NCBI GenBank assembly: GCA_963770945.1
Contig: CAVYRP010000013.1
Span: forward strand, 207,921-271,920
Length of the DNA: 64,000 nt
Direction of reading: 5' to 3'
Source of the DNA: an uncultured Bacteroidota bacterium
GTDB taxonomy: Bacteria; Bacteroidota; Ignavibacteria; UBA10030
Part shown: positions 1 through 9,404 of the stretch, piece after piece
Numbering within the stretch: the stretch's first letter is position 1
Layout of the letters: each line of letters opens with the position of its first letter
Made by a program: the position numbers and the translations under genes
The notes under the pieces: generated by a model
The model's database searches: none
What the model saw: the letters and a program-made list of their open reading frames with translations, nothing else
Told to the model about the DNA's origin: nothing

Positions 1-366
1 GCCCTGAGTGCATTTTTTATCGGATATTTCTGGTACTCAAAAATGCTTTTTGGAAAAGCATGGATGAAAGCATCCGGGATGACAGAGGAAGAAGCTAAAT
101 CAGGGAATGCCGGAAAAATTTTCGGTTCAGCATTCGTTTTTATATTCATTGCTGCACTGAATTTAGCCTTTTTCTTATCTGATTCTTCTATTTCAGCAAG
201 CAGCGGCGCTTTATACGGATTTCTTACCGGTTTTGGATGGGTACTTCCCGGTATTGGAGTCGTAGCTTTGTTCGAACAAAAGAGCTGGACATATATTCTC
301 ATTAATGGATTCTATTGGGTTGCATCTTTAACGGTGATGGGGCTGATATTGGGGTCATGGAAGTAA
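1..366 (+). CDS. DUF1761-family small membrane protein, 5' end outside the window
   Basis: Frame 1 is open from base 1 (ALSAFFIGYFWYSKMLFGKAWMKASGMTEEEAK...), so the listed ORF 43..366 starts at an internal Met. The WYSxxLFGKxW motif and hydrophobic helices fit DUF1761. Confidence 0.6.
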   Translation, partial: ALSAFFIGYFWYSKMLFGKAWMKASGMTEEEAKSGNAGKIFGSAFVFIFIAALNLAFFLSDSSISASSGALYGFLTGFGWVLPGIGVVALFEQKSWTYILINGFYWVASLTVMGLILGSWK

Positions 367-556
367 AATAATCTTTTGATAAATGTGTGTATTGTAAAAG
401 GATTTTGATATCCTGATTCCCCATTTTATTTTTACAAGCCCGCAGTAATAGTTTTATGCCGTTCTATATTCTTTTTGGCGCAGTATTATTGCAGTTAAAG
501 CGACAAGTATGTACTTTTGTGTCCAAACATTATTATAAATCTAAAATGGTTTACAA

Positions 557-1264
557 ATGAACTCCCAAACAAATGCCGTTTTAACCGAGCTTTATTCTAA
601 AGCCAATCCCAAAAATGTTGAGGAAATGAAGCGATTCGGTATAAAAAGCACGAACAACGTGCTTGGTATTTCCGCAAAACCTCTCTTTGCGATAGCAAAA
701 AAAATAGGAACAAATCAGGAACTTGCGCTTGAACTCTGGAAAACCGGAATTTATGATGCACGCATACTAAGCATTCTTATCGCAGATCCGAAGAAAATAA
801 AAATGAGCACTATGAATGCCTGGGCAAAGGACTTCGATAACTGGGCTATTTGTGATTGTGCCTGTATGCATTGTTTCCGCGATACTCCATACGGGCATGA
901 GCTTGCCGTGAAATGGGTGAAAAGAAAAGAAGAATTTGTGAGACGTGCAGGATTTACACTAATTGCAACGCTGTGTGTGCATGATAAGAAATCGGATGAT
1001 AAAGTTTTCCTGAAATATCTATCAATAGTCTATAAGTATACAACAGATGAGCGCAACTATGTAAAAAAGGCTGTTAACTGGGCGCTCAGACAGATCGGCA
1101 AGCGTAATTTGAAGCTCAATGCTGCTGCGATTAAGATGGCAAAGAAAATTCATAAATTGGATTCATCTTCCGCAAAGTGGATTGCATCGGATGCACTGAG
1201 GGAATTACAAAGTCCGGCTGTGCAAAAGCGGTTGAAGAAATGGGCACAACGATCCAAGAAATAA
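557..1264 (+). CDS. DNA alkylation repair protein (AlkC/AlkD-like HEAT-repeat family)
   Basis: Intact 235-aa ORF. ...EEMKRFGIKSTNNVLGISAKPLFAIAKKIG...ELWKTGIYDARILS...VKKAVNWALRQIGKRN matches my recollection of the COG4912 family. Confidence 0.7.
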   Translation: MNSQTNAVLTELYSKANPKNVEEMKRFGIKSTNNVLGISAKPLFAIAKKIGTNQELALELWKTGIYDARILSILIADPKKIKMSTMNAWAKDFDNWAICDCACMHCFRDTPYGHELAVKWVKRKEEFVRRAGFTLIATLCVHDKKSDDKVFLKYLSIVYKYTTDERNYVKKAVNWALRQIGKRNLKLNAAAIKMAKKIHKLDSSSAKWIASDALRELQSPAVQKRLKKWAQRSKK

Positions 1265-1285
1265 TACGCTGTAAACTTCAGGTCT

Positions 1286-2087
1286 TTATAATAAAGCGTC
1301 TTTAAATGTTTTCACCCAGGCATTAATACTCGTACGTGATTCTCCCCGTGTAATTTTCTGAATAAGTGCGCTTCCGACAACAACTCCGTCCGAATGTTTG
1401 GCGATGCGCCGCGCGTCGGCCGGAGTTCTAATGCCGAATCCCACTAAAACAGGATTTATTTTCGCATTTCTTTTTAACACGGTCTACATATGACCCAATA
1501 TTACCGATATTCGAGCGGCCTGTAACTCCGGTGGTCGATACACAGTAAAGAAATCCAGATGCGGCTTTATCAATATTCTTAATCCGTTCGCCTGATGTAG
1601 CCGGGCTGACGAAAAGAATATCTGCAAGTTGATATTTTCGATTAAGCGATAAAAAACGGTCCGATTCTTCCAGCGGCACTTCCGGCAGGATAATGCCGTC
1701 GACACCGGCTTTTTTTGCATCGGCAAAGAATCGATCTTCTCCATAATGAAGAATAGGATTCAGATATCCCATAAGTACTAATGGAATATCGGAATGCTTT
1801 CGAATTTCTTTCACCTGACTGAAGATTAGATCGAGCGTAATTCCGTTTTTAATTGCCTGCTGAGAACTGGCCTGGATAATAGGCCCATCGGCGAGAGGAT
1901 CTGAAAAGGACATACCGAGTTCAATAATATCCGCACCAGCCCGGGCAATCTCTAATGATAAGGGCACTGTGGAATTAAGCTGCGGATAACCGGCGGTGAG
2001 AAAAAGTACAAGAGCTTTTTCATTGCGTCTTCTGAGTTGTGTCAATTTTGCAATAAGGCGGTTATTTTCATGTTTTTGATTATTCAC
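1286..2087 (-). CDS. trpA: tryptophan synthase alpha chain, interrupted by one 1-nt frame step
   Basis: Fragments 1428..2087 (..LTAGYPQL..GADIIELGMSFSDPLADGPIIQ..) and 1286..1480 (..NPVLVGFGIRTPADARR..GVVVGSALI..) together give a full TrpA. The junction lies in the A/T-run stretch 1459-1475. It is the last gene of the trp operon. Confidence 0.9.
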
Positions 2088-2110
2088 TTTATGAGATTCC
2101 CTTCTGAATT

Positions 2111-3332
2111 TTATTTTCCGGATTCTAATTTATGCGATGCATAGGTCATCATATCTTTATCTCCTCTGCCCGAGAGATTTACGATAACGATATCTTTCTT
2201 CGATGTTGAGGGCATGAGTTTTTCCAGATGTGCAAATGCATGTGCCGACTCTAAAGCGGGAATAATTCCCTCCAGCCGGGTCAGAAGACTCGCTGCTTCA
2301 AGCGCCTGTTTATCGGTGATAGATACATACTTCACCCTTCCAAGATCTTTCAATGCGCTATGTTCGGGCCCGACGCCGGGATAATCAAGTCCGGCCGAAA
2401 TAGAATGTGCTAATTCTACCTGTCCGTTTTTATTCTGCAGTAAATAGCTGAACGACCCATGCAAAACTCCCGGAGTCCCTTTTGTAAGTGTTGCGGCATG
2501 TTTTTGCGTGTTCAAACCGCAGCCGGCTGCTTCCACGCCGATCATTTGAATGTCTTTGCGGATGAATGGATAGAACATACCCATTGAATTACTGCCGCCG
2601 CCGACACAAGCAACAAGAATGGAAGGAAGCCTGCCTTCAATTGAAAGTATTTGTTTCCGTGTTTCCTTGCCAATTACAGACTGGAAATCGCGTACCATCA
2701 TCGGATACGGATGCGGGCCGACTACAGAACCGATGATATAAAAGGTATTGTTGACATTTGTTACCCAATCGCGGATGGCTTCGCTTGTTGCATCTTTGAG
2801 AGTGCGGCTTCCTGTCGTTACAGGAACTACATCCGCGCCCAGCATTTTCATTCGATGTACATTTAATTCCTGCCGATGAATATCTTCTTCTCCCATATAA
2901 ACTACACATTGCAATCCCATTTTTGCTGCGACAGTTGCAGTGGCAACTCCATGCTGCCCGGCGCCGGTTTCTGCGATAATACGTTTTTTACCTGCGCGCT
3001 TTGCAAGCAGGATTTGTCCGATTGTGTTGTTGATTTTATGTGCACCGGTATGGCAAAGGTCTTCGCGTTTCAGATAGATTCGGCCTTGTCCGTAGTAATC
3101 TGTCAGTCTGCCGGCAAAGGTCAAAGGAGTCGGCCGTCCTGCGTATGAACGCAACATTTCCGTAAATTCCTTTTTAAATTTAGCATCTCGCTTTGCGTCC
3201 CGGTATAATTCATCAAGTTCGAACAGGGCATGCATCAATGTTTCCGGTACATACCGGCCGCCATATTCGCCGAAATAACCGTTTTTATCCGGGATAATTA
3301 TATTGTTTAATTTGTTTCCTTTTTAATTTCAC
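2111..3332 (-). CDS. trpB: tryptophan synthase beta chain, N-terminus displaced by one 1-nt frame step
   Basis: ORF 2111..3238 carries the PLP core ([17 protein letters not shown]). The conserved N-terminus ([19 protein letters not shown]) continues upstream of the listed start with no ATG/GTG/TTG. A GTG at 3332 preceded by AGGAGA (3340-3345, 7-nt spacing) is one base out of frame, so an extra base between about 3291 and 3325 is inferred. Confidence 0.9.
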
Positions 3333-3336
3333 AGTT

Positions 3337-3968
3337 TCATCTCCTCATTTCACTTTGCAGAGTTCGCATTATTCTAAATAATTTCTCAAGTTTGTCTTTA
3401 TCTTTCTTTCCCGGCGCCGATTCTATGCCGCTGTTTACGTCTACTGCGTACGGCTGTACTATTTTTACTGCGTCAGTAATATTCTCAGGTGTCAATCCGC
3501 CTGCGAGTATGATGCGCCCGTATGCTTTTGCATCAGCCGCAATTTTCCAGTCGAATGTTTTGCCTGTACCGCCGGGAATGCCTTCAATATACGTATCCAA
3601 CAGGATACGCCTGTACTTTATAACGTGAAAGAGTCTGAAGGTTAAATTCTTTATTTACACGGAATGATTTATAGACAGGTACCGGGAATTCTGTCAAGTT
3701 GTTCCGGCAGTTCATTTCCATGAAACTGCACGCAGCGTATTCCGGTTGCTTCGATTAATTCTAAAACTTCATTATGCGCTGCATCTGCAACAATGCCGAC
3801 AGGCGTGACAAATGGAGGTAATTCTTGAATGATCTTTTGTGCGGAAATCGGATCTATGTATCTTGGACTTCTTTTCACAAAAATAAAACCAAGAGCATCA
3901 GCGCCAAACTCCGACGCAAGAAGTGCATCGTCCATGTTCGTTATACCGCAAATTTTAATTTTCATCAT
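3337..3968 (-). CDS. trpF: phosphoribosylanthranilate isomerase, two 1-nt frame steps
   Basis: Fragments 3669..3968 (MKIKICGIT..ADALGFIF..) and 3337..3600 (..GGTGKTFDW..LAGGLTPENI..). A third-frame bridge (PVPVYKSFRVNKEFNLQTLSRYKVQAY) covers 3601-3668. Confidence 0.85.
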
Positions 3969-3981
3969 CCGTTATTCCTGT

Positions 3982-4758
3982 TCAGGATTCAATAATGATT
4001 TTTAATGCTTTACCGGGATTTTCTGCACGCATAAAATTTTCGCCAATAAGAAAAGAATATATTCTATGCGCTGTCAACCGATCGATATCTGCCCGGTTTG
4101 AAATTCCGCTTTCACTGACAATAATAATGTCTTCGGGAATTAGTGAAGCCAATCGGATCGATGTCTTCATATCGACAGTAAAATCCGATAAATTCCGATT
4201 ATTAATTCCGATGATTTTCACTTGTTTCAGATCGAGTGATTCCAATTCCCGTTCATTATGAACTTCCACAAGACAATCAAGTCCGAGTTCAGACGCTTCG
4301 CCATGAAGATCGTGCAGCTGGTCCGGTTCCAACGCAGCAGAGATAAGCAATACAGCATCGGCTCCGAATGCTTTTGCTTCCATAAGCTGATAGGAGTCAA
4401 TGATAAAATCCTTGCGCAGAATCGGAATAGCAACAGATGAGCGGATATCGGAAATAAAGCGAATATCGCCTTGAAAATATTTTTTATCTGTCAGTATGGA
4501 TAATGCGCTGGCGCCATTTTCAGCATAATCAACGGCAAGAGAATGAGGATTAAAATTCTTCCTGATAACTCCTTTCGAAGGTGACGCTTTTTTTATTTCT
4601 GCAATAATGCTTATTTTTTCGCGTGGCAAGGTTTTCACTAAAGAAAAACAATATCGTTGAAACCCGGGCATATCTCTAAGCTGCTCAAGAGGCATAATTC
4701 TTTTTGCGGCAGCGACTTCCTGACGCGTATTTTGCAGTATTTCTTTTAAAATGCTCAT
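3982..4758 (-). CDS. trpC: indole-3-glycerol phosphate synthase
   Basis: Intact 258-aa ORF (..IIAEIKKASPSKG..LRKDFIID.YQ..GADAVLLI..). Its ATG overlaps the trpD stop (ATGA at 4755-4758). Confidence 0.9.
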   Translation of the reverse strand: MSILKEILQNTRQEVAAAKRIMPLEQLRDMPGFQRYCFSLVKTLPREKISIIAEIKKASPSKGVIRKNFNPHSLAVDYAENGASALSILTDKKYFQGDIRFISDIRSSVAIPILRKDFIIDSYQLMEAKAFGADAVLLISAALEPDQLHDLHGEASELGLDCLVEVHNERELESLDLKQVKIIGINNRNLSDFTVDMKTSIRLASLIPEDIIIVSESGISNRADIDRLTAHRIYSFLIGENFMRAENPGKALKIIIES

Positions 4759-5770
4759 GGTCGATTTGTGTACTGAATTAGTTGCTGTAATTTTTCAAAT
4801 GCTTTTCCGGAATCAATCGATTCGACCGCTTTTTGTTTTCCTTCTATAAAGGTTTTTAGCTTTTCCTCCAAGATAAATGCCGATTGCCGCATTTGCTATT
4901 ACAACATCCCGTGCTGAACCAGGTTTGCCTTGAAGGACTTCCAGCGATATATCGGCATTTTGTTTTTTATCGCCGCCGCGCAGACTGTCAAGCGAATACT
5001 GCGGGAATCCGAAGTCCTTCGGCTGTAATCGGTACTCTTTTAATTGTTCCGCTGCCGTTTACTTCATGCACAATTGTTCCGCCGGAGAGTGTTACTTCAT
5101 CCAGGCCGTCGTCGCTGTGAACAACACATGCCTTTTCAGCGCCGAGTTTCTGCACGGCGCCGGCAAGAAGAGGAGCAACCCGGGATTGGTAGACTCCGAT
5201 AAGCTGACGTTTTACACCTGCCGGATTTGTCAGCGGCCCGACCATATTGAAAATACTGCGTACGCCTAATTCCGTACGAGCTTTTCCCGCAATTTCATTG
5301 CAGGATGAAACAACGGTGCAAACATAAATCCGATACCGATACGATTGATGCATTCCTTCACAGTTTCAGCCGGGCACTGGACATTCACACCAAGCGAGGT
5401 TAGTACATCCGCGCTGCCGCTTTGACTGGAGACAGAACGATTGCCATGTTTTGCTACCGTTACACCTGCGCCGGCAACAACAAAGGAAGCCAAAGTTGAA
5501 ATATTAAATGTGCCGAGGCCGTCGCCGCCTGTGCCGCACATATCGATTGCATTCGGGTCTTCAATGGAGAGTTTTACTCCATGCTCGCGCATGGTACGGG
5601 CAAATCCGACAAGCTCATCGACTGTTTCGCCTTTTGCACGCAGGGCAATCATTAAACCGGCAATTTGCGCATCAGTGGCTTGTCCGTTCATAATCTTGGC
5701 GAGAGCGGCAGATGCTTCATCTATTGTAAGATGTTCTCCCGATAAACATTTTTCTATATGATGTTTTCAT
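4755..5770 (-). CDS. trpD: anthranilate phosphoribosyltransferase, several 1-nt frame steps
   Basis: The N-terminus [19 protein letters not shown].. is restored by removing one T from the T4 run at 5764-5767. Fragments 5266..5691 (..[15 protein letters not shown]..) and 4988..5353 (..[10 protein letters not shown]..) follow. The tail in further frames ends ..[13 protein letters not shown]. Confidence 0.85.
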
Positions 5771-6343
5771 ATGATTTTATAAACCTCCAGCCAGTTGTGA
5801 AGAATTTGTTGGCCATCCGGTGTAAGGATGGATTCGGGATGAAATTGAATTCCTTCGATGGGATACTTCCGGTGCGTTACACCCATGATAATTCCGTCGA
5901 TTGTACGGGAAGAAATTTTCAGTTCATCGGGGAAATTGTTCTTGTGATATTACAAGCGAATGATAACGTCCTGCAGTCAGCGGACTTGAAACCGATCGTA
6001 AAATGGTTTCGCCGGAATGTATTACTTCCGATGTCCGTCCATGCATTAATGTAGGTGCATGAACAATCTTTGCACCAAATGCATACCCGATCGATTGATG
6101 ACCGAGACAGACACCCAGGATAGGAATAGATGCGCCGAGTTTTTGAATAACTTCCACCGTAACGCCGGCATCTTCCGGTCTGCCGGGTCCCGGTGAAAGA
6201 ATAATACCGCGGGGTTTTAGAGCAGAAATTTCATCGACCGACATATCCTGGTTTCTAATCACACGGATATCCGGAGCCATTTTGCCGACCATTTGCACAA
6301 GGTTGTATGTAAATGAATCGTAATTGTCGATAACGAGTATCAT
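5767..6343 (-). CDS. trpG: anthranilate synthase component II (glutamine amidotransferase), one 1-nt frame step
   Basis: ORF 5924..6343 ([23 protein letters not shown]..) joins ..[45 protein letters not shown] when one G is dropped from the G4 run at 5929-5932. Its TGA overlaps the trpD ATG. Confidence 0.9.
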
Positions 6344-7851
6344 TTTTCCTCTCCCATATTTCCGTTTCCATTATGAACTTTCATCAATCCATTCGATGCA
6401 GCGTCCAGAGCATCGAGCAAAGCTTGAGCTTTATTCACCGTTTCTTTGTACTCAAGTTCCGGAACTGAATCTGCAACAATTCCCGCACCTGCCTGAATAG
6501 TAAGCAATCCGTTTGCTGCGACAATAGTGCGAATGGCAATGCACGTATCCAGCGCGCCGTCGAAACCGAGATATCCGACAGCACCTGCATAAATTCCGCG
6601 CCGAACGGGTTCCAGTTCGTGAATAATTTCCATAGCCCGTACTTTCGGAGCGCCGGAAACCGTTCCGGCAGGAAAACATGCTCGTCAGTGCGTCCAGGCT
6701 GGTTGAATTCTTCTTGAGTTTTCCCTGAACTTCAGAAACAATGATGCATTACATGTGAAAATCGTTTCAGGCGTTTGAACATCGAAACTTCGAACGCTTC
6801 CGAATTCACTTACGCGTCCGATATCGTTTCGTCCTAAATCGACCAGCATCACATGTTCTGCCAATTCCTTTTGATCCGAGAGCAGTTCTTCACCCAAGCG
6901 AGTATCGTCTTCCGGCGATTTGCCGCGTTTACGCGTACCGGCAATCGGCATTACCGATGCAATATCGTTTTGCACACGTACAAGCACTTCTGGTGAAGAA
7001 CCGATGAGTTTTACAGATTTGAAATCGAGATAAAAGAGATATGGAGAAGGATTAATGATACGGAGTGCGCGATAAACAGGGAACGGGATCGCCTGAGAAC
7101 GGCAGCTGCACGCGGCGGGAAAGAACCACCTGAAAAATATCGCCGTCATGAATATATTCTTTTGCCCGTCGGACCGATGAACAGAATGCTTCACGATCAG
7201 AGCCATGTTCTACAGAAGAAGAATCGCAATGAAAAGTGTTTTCTGTTGATGGTGATTTTCCGAGCTGTATGAAAATTGACTCGAGTTTTCGTTTTCCCTC
7301 ATGATATTGTTCGCTGAGTGGACCGCTTTTCGTCGATAATGCAATTATAGGTGACAGTCATCAGTTGATGCAGGTGATCGAATTTCACTACGATATGAAA
7401 TAATCCGAATATCGCATCAGGTGCATCCTCTTTGGCCGGCGGATGAAGCGGAACTTTTTCTATTTCCTGCATCCGATCGTAGCCGTAATAACCGAGAAAT
7501 CCGCCTGCAAATCCCTGCTGTTCTTGAATTGCTACGTTTCGGTACTGGCGCGAATATTCCTCCAGCACATCGATTACTTTTCCATGCCGCTGTTCTTTCT
7601 TTTTTCCGGATTCGATCTCGATCACATCGCCTTTTGCTTTGATCAAGAAGCAGCGGATCTGTACCGACAAACGAATAGCGGCCGATCTTTTCATCGGGCT
7701 CAACGCTCTCCAGAAGAAATGAAGGAGAGAGGTTGGAGCGGAGGCTCAGGTAGATCGACACGGGCGTGTGCAAATCGGCAAGCATTGTTTCCACAAGCGG
7801 GACTACCGTATGTGTGCCTGCAAGCTGTTCAAATTCCTGTTGTGTTATCAT
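6340..7851 (-). CDS. trpE: anthranilate synthase component I, about six 1-nt frame steps
   Basis: Fragments 7417..7851, 7299..7703, 6685..7206 and 6340..6633, plus short bridges (..KRFSHVMH / [24 protein letters not shown]), reconstruct TrpE (..[30 protein letters not shown]..). ATGA overlap with trpG at 6340-6343. Confidence 0.85.
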
Positions 7852-7888
7852 ATTTATGTCCTAAAATATATTCAAGTTCTTTAATTAC

Positions 7889-7970
7889 TCCTCCCCTTAT
7901 AGGGGAGGAAAAAGGTGGGGTCATTATTCTATTTTGACCTCACCCCGACCCTCTCCTATAAGGAGAGGGT
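7889..7970. repeat. Compound GC-rich triple-hairpin (REP-like) element in the trp leader region
   Basis: Hairpin 1 is TCCTCCCCT-tat-AGGGGAGGA (7889-7909). Hairpin 2 is GGTGGGGTCA...TGACCTCACC with one mismatch (7914-7944). Hairpin 3 is ACCCTCTCCT-ata-AGGAGAGGGT (7948-7970). Composition is very different from the surrounding AT-rich spacer. Confidence 0.6.
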
Positions 7971-8009
7971 GGTATTTTCCAATTTTATAGAATAAATAGA
8001 TTGTGCACT

Positions 8010-8049
8010 ATAAAATAAAAAACCCTTCCAGGTTGATCCGGGAAGGGTT
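8010..8049 (-). terminator. intrinsic terminator (candidate trp attenuator)
   Basis: On the minus strand: AACCCTTCC (8049-8041), an 11-nt loop, GGAAGGGTT (8029-8021), then TTTTTATTTTAT. It starts 29 nt after the leader-ORF stop. Confidence 0.7.
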
Positions 8050-8078
8050 AAATAAAAAATTCTTCGTATGCTTAGATG

Positions 8079-8174
8079 TTAACTATCCGTTCTCTTTCCT
8101 GTATGTATAGATATAATGCTGCGCCACCACCAACGGTTGTTCGAAGAGACGATATGATTAACGGATTGTGACAT
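8079..8174 (-). CDS. trpL: trp operon leader peptide, 31 codons with WWW
   Basis: ATG at 8174. Translation is MSQSVNHIVSSNNRWWWRSIISIHTGKRTDS with TAA at 8079-8081. Three consecutive TGG codons lie at 8124-8132. I checked it codon by codon. It is too short for the ORF track. Confidence 0.7.
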   Translation of the reverse strand: MSQSVNHIVSSNNRWWWRSIISIHTGKRTDS

Positions 8175-8187
8175 ACTTTACATAAAT

Positions 8188-8216
8188 AATATACATGATC
8201 CGGGAAAAGAAGTCAA
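8188..8216 (-). promoter_or_regulatory. sigma-70-like promoter for the trp leader
   Basis: Minus strand TTGACT (8216-8211), a 17-nt spacer, then TATATT (8193-8188). The leader ATG is 13 nt downstream of the -10 box. Confidence 0.45.
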
Positions 8217-8403
8217 GAGGGTTTGAAAAAAATGTTAGTCCTACAAATTATGATTTTTTTCAATTGTTTTAATTGGATCGTCAAAAATGTATCTGTTTTA
8301 TCGCGGGAATGCAAGAGGAAGAAGATCATAATAAATCCCTCACCAAAGCGGAATACTATCTGGGTTTTCTTTTTCAAACGCCCAGTTAAGAACATTATTG
8401 TTT

Positions 8404-8462
8404 ACCCCGTGAGAAATATGGAAAATTGATAGACACTATCAAATGAATTGTTCTCACGGGGT
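8404..8462. repeat. nested hairpin at the 3' edge of the transposase remnant
   Basis: 12-bp arms ACCCCGTGAGAA (8404-8415) and TTCTCACGGGGT (8451-8462) enclose the inner palindrome TTGATAG-aca-CTATCAA (8426-8442). It resembles the subterminal hairpins used by the IS200/IS605 and RayT families. Confidence 0.4.
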
Positions 8463-8526
8463 GAATATAATCCCTAATAGTGTTTAATTCGTTGTCGTTT
8501 CGGATGATTCGATCGTAATATGTTTT

Positions 8527-8554
8527 GTAGGGGTGATTCATGAATCACCCCTAC
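8527..8554. repeat. perfect 28-nt REP-like palindrome inside the transposase remnant
   Basis: GTAGGGGTGATTCA|TGAATCACCCCTAC is perfectly self-complementary. It encodes the ..VGVIHESPL.. stretch. Confidence 0.7.
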
Positions 8555-8935
8555 ATTGGCATAATTTATTATAATGATTCCATGGATATGGTTCGGCATT
8601 ACGACGATTTTATCCAAATCTATGACGTCATTATGATTTGGCAGATCGTTCCATGTGTCGTGAACAAAATTACCTAATTGCGACTATCGCATTTCACCAT
8701 CAATAATTTCTCCCAATACACATTCGTGGTTATGAGTACAAATGGTAACAAAATACTCGCCTGGCTGGGAATAATCATTTTCTTTTAAACGCATGGATTT
8801 ACGGTGGTATTTGTTTGGCATTTTTATTGGCGCGAAATGAAGCAGAAAGAATAAAACTAATATCGATTTGGTAATACTGCTAACAGGGACGCAAATTTTT
8901 GCGTCCCTGCTTTTGGTAATTCAATGTACTCGAAA

Positions 8936-9364
8936 TTAATTAACAGTGAAGTCCTTTGATGCGACAGTGACATTTCCAGTCACCAGAACTCCTGTTGCTC
9001 GATAATTTCCTGTATTGGTAAGAGAAAAGCTTGAGAGCATAATGTGTCCGTAGTTTTGCGTACTGGGAAAAGTAATTGAATTATCACTTATCCAGCCGCT
9101 TGCACTCTGTTTACTAATCTCAATCCTTACTGCAGATCCTCCCATATCGGCGGCAGATTCGAGACGCCAATAAATAATTGCACTTCCTCCAATACGGCTG
9201 AAGGTCGTTGTCTCGCCGTTTATTGTAAATCCATTCATACCGGTTCCTAATGTCAATTTATTGCTGAATTGATCGCCGTTTGAAGTGGAATTAGATTCTT
9301 TATCACATCCACTAATGAAAACCATAGAAATGATTATAAAAACCGATATTAAAATATGCCTCAT
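8936..9364 (-). CDS. hypothetical lipoprotein
   Basis: Intact 142-aa ORF. Signal peptide with lipobox (..MVFISGC DKES..). The rest is beta-rich and Ser/Thr/Gly-rich. No family recognised. Confidence 0.5.
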   Translation of the reverse strand: MRHILISVFIIISMVFISGCDKESNSTSNGDQFSNKLTLGTGMNGFTINGETTTFSRIGGSAIIYWRLESAADMGGSAVRIEISKQSASGWISDNSITFPSTQNYGHIMLSSFSLTNTGNYRATGVLVTGNVTVASKDFTVN

Positions 9365-9404
9365 TATTTCTTTTCCTTTAATTAAGTGTTTGATTGATTT
9401 ATTA

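Larger units (their letters stand above)
8395..8821 (-). pseudogene. decayed REP-associated / IS200-like Y1 transposase (RayT-like)
   Basis: ATG at 8821. The translation MPNKYHRKSMRLKENDYSQPGEYFVTICTHNHECVLGEIIDGEMR is followed by an in-frame TAG (8684-8686). It then reads ..LDKIVVMPNHIHGIIIIN..VGVIHESPLQ, followed by an internal deletion with a frame change into ..YYDRIIRNDNELNTIRDYI... The HxH and C-terminal Y-region motifs of the family are present, but the ORF is broken. Confidence 0.65.

Noticed and set aside
2637-3148. Listed ORFs 2637..2909, 2651..2866 and 2876..3148 inside trpB. Similar nested or antisense ORFs lie inside trpC, trpD, trpE, Lon, kdpA, kdpB, kdpD, priA, larC and other genes.
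   Set aside because: They overlap strongly supported genes in other frames, are Cys/Arg-rich or low-complexity, and have no recognisable motifs.
7443-7937. 164-aa listed ORF on the plus strand.
   Set aside because: It is antisense to trpE and runs into the GC hairpin cassette (its tail ..PPLIGEEKGGVIILF is the translated repeat). It shows no protein-like pattern.
8213-8429. Listed ORFs 8213..8395 (minus) and 8223..8429 (plus).
   Set aside because: They lie over the trp leader promoter and the tail of the transposase remnant. They are Lys/Ile/Phe-rich translations of AT-rich spacer.
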